Assembly (NCBI GenBank): GCA_050084515.1
Contig: CM114271.1
Location: forward strand, 9,796,001-9,860,000
Direction: 5' to 3'
Source of the DNA: Blasia pusilla
Taxonomy: Eukaryota
DNA length: 64,000 bases
The position numbers and the translations under genes are program-made. Positions 62,572 through 64,000 of the stretch are shown piece by piece. Positions within the stretch are counted from its first letter, which is position 1. Every line of letters begins with the position of its first letter. Below the pieces are notes generated by a model that saw nothing but the letters and a program-made list of their open reading frames with translations, was not told the origin of the DNA and searched no databases.

Positions 62572-64000
62572 ATGCCGCGCGGGGAGGTCGCTAGACAGAT
62601 CAGCTTGTTTGCTGATAGTACCCCACCTGGTTGTATGGGTGGCATGCTGCAAATGTTTGACTGGAACAGCGCTCTTTTAGGGAAGAAACTTCTTACGGAT
62701 CCAGACTTCGCTGATGGTGAGTTTCAAACTGGACCCTGTATATGTCGTGTACAGTTTCACGTTTCCTTTCCACAGCAATTCCATGCCTCTCCAATGGTTT
62801 TCCCATCTTAGTTGGAAGTTGCGCACTAATCACAATAAGTGCAGTGTGAGCCGATATGCACTTCCCCGAGCTTTATCTCATCTCCGCAATTTCAGGCACC
62901 AGGATCTACACGCGAAATTCATGGCTATGTATTGTATCGTGTGATCGACATAGATTCATTATTTTTACTCTGAGCCTGAATGATTGACAGGCCTTGAAGC
63001 TCCGAGGAACAGTCTTGACATGTTGGGAGGAAGTGTAGGAAATGTCGACACCCCCAAGAGGAGTTCAGCTAGGAAAGAAGACGGGCCGGTAATTCCGACT
63101 GCCTTACTTGCTGTGTAATATATTCGGCCGGACCTTGCAGCGTGTTAGCACCTTTCAGTTGTTCCCTTACTATCTCAGATCGGCTTCGGAATGCTGTTTT
63201 TCTCACTTCCTCGATCTTGGTTGCAGTACTCTTTCAAGGTTGGGAAGTCCCTGGTTCCTCCCAGGGATTCGTCCGCTTCCGTCAGAGAGTCGGTCGCTTC
63301 CAGGGATTCGTCTGTTTCCACTAGAGATTCGTCTGTCTCTGCTGACACGGAGAAGAGGCGTCGGAGCACGAGTGTGGTTGCGCGTCTCATGGGACTCGAT
63401 CCACTACCGGATGCAACGTCTGTAGCCCCGTCGCAACAAACTCCACCAACAGCACCAAATCAGCCGAAGATTTCGAAGGAGAAGTTCATATTTGCTCAGA
63501 AATTGCTGAAAGATGCGAAAGATGTGCAATCTGCAACCAGCGAGCAAGTGAGAGATTCGGAATTGAAGGTCGTAAGGGATTCGAGAGTGCCCTACATTGA
63601 GCAAGGAAGAACTTCCGAATTGAAGTCTTTGAGAGAGCAAAGCATTCTCAGAGCCATGCAGCATCAGCGCGCTGACGTAGACCAGCTTTCAGACAAGGAC
63701 GAGGATTTTGAACCCCTCCCCTTCCGTGATCATCCTCAAGAGAAACAACTACAAGAGTTCAAGAAGCAGTTTGCCACCAAGCTAGCCATTCAAAGCCACG
63801 AGAATCGCGAAAGGCGTCAGTCGGAGTCCTTCAATCGTGAGGTCGAGGTCAAACGTGTCATGGTTCAAGAAAAGATGGACGAGGCCAAAGCAGTGCTCGC
63901 GCGTGGAGAGAAAAATGACCCGAAGCGCCTGGCAGCTGCACTCGACAAGCTCAACAAATCGAGGGAGTTCCAGGAGGTTTTGGAAGTGCTGCAATCGAAC
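62572..64000 (+). CDS. TRM/LONGIFOLIA-like protein (VARLMGL + DUF3741 region), 5' part; exons 62572-62716, 62991-63088, 63227->64000
   Basis: PGCMGGMLQMFDWN, GLEAPRNSLD (across a phase-1 intron), SVVARLMGLD, DHPQEKQLQEFKKQF, SREFQEVLEVLQS. GT-AG sites keep the frame; exon 3 appears to run open to the window end. Confidence 0.88.

Noticed and set aside
63108-63994. Listed ORFs 63108-63425 (+), 63404-63664 (-) and 63782-63994 (-)
   Set aside because: Shadow frames of the TRM-like exon 3, whose true frame starts at 63227 and runs off the window.

Overview
This is eukaryotic DNA, most likely from a land plant (the lineage cannot be fixed from sequence alone). Roughly 1-56 kb is a deeply nested, mostly decayed transposon cluster, and the window ends in the 5' part of an apparently intact intron-containing TRM/LONGIFOLIA-like (DUF3741, VARLMGL) host gene at 62572->64000. 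The cluster contains a Ty3/gypsy element with an extra 3' ORF, a Ty1/copia element inserted in its integrase, a solo LTR inside the copia gag, two 5'-truncated RLE-type (CRE-like) non-LTR elements and a hAT-type MITE. The most interesting element is a ~12-kb Mutator-like DNA transposon (15330-27314, 8-bp TSD AGGAAATT, no proper TIRs) inserted in the gypsy pol. It carries two head-to-head genes. One is a DDE/SWIM transposase. The other is a spliced ~1100-aa cargo gene with an N-terminal ParB/Srx-like motif (WDGNHR) and a C-terminal beta-class N6A/N4C DNA-methyltransferase-like domain whose catalytic motifs are altered. Its introns and intergenic spacer are packed with a ~27-bp palindrome (GCAACCCGTCGGA-N-TCCGACGGGTTGC). 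At least four further partial copies or relatives lie in the window. All domain calls come from motif recognition by eye; no searches were run.
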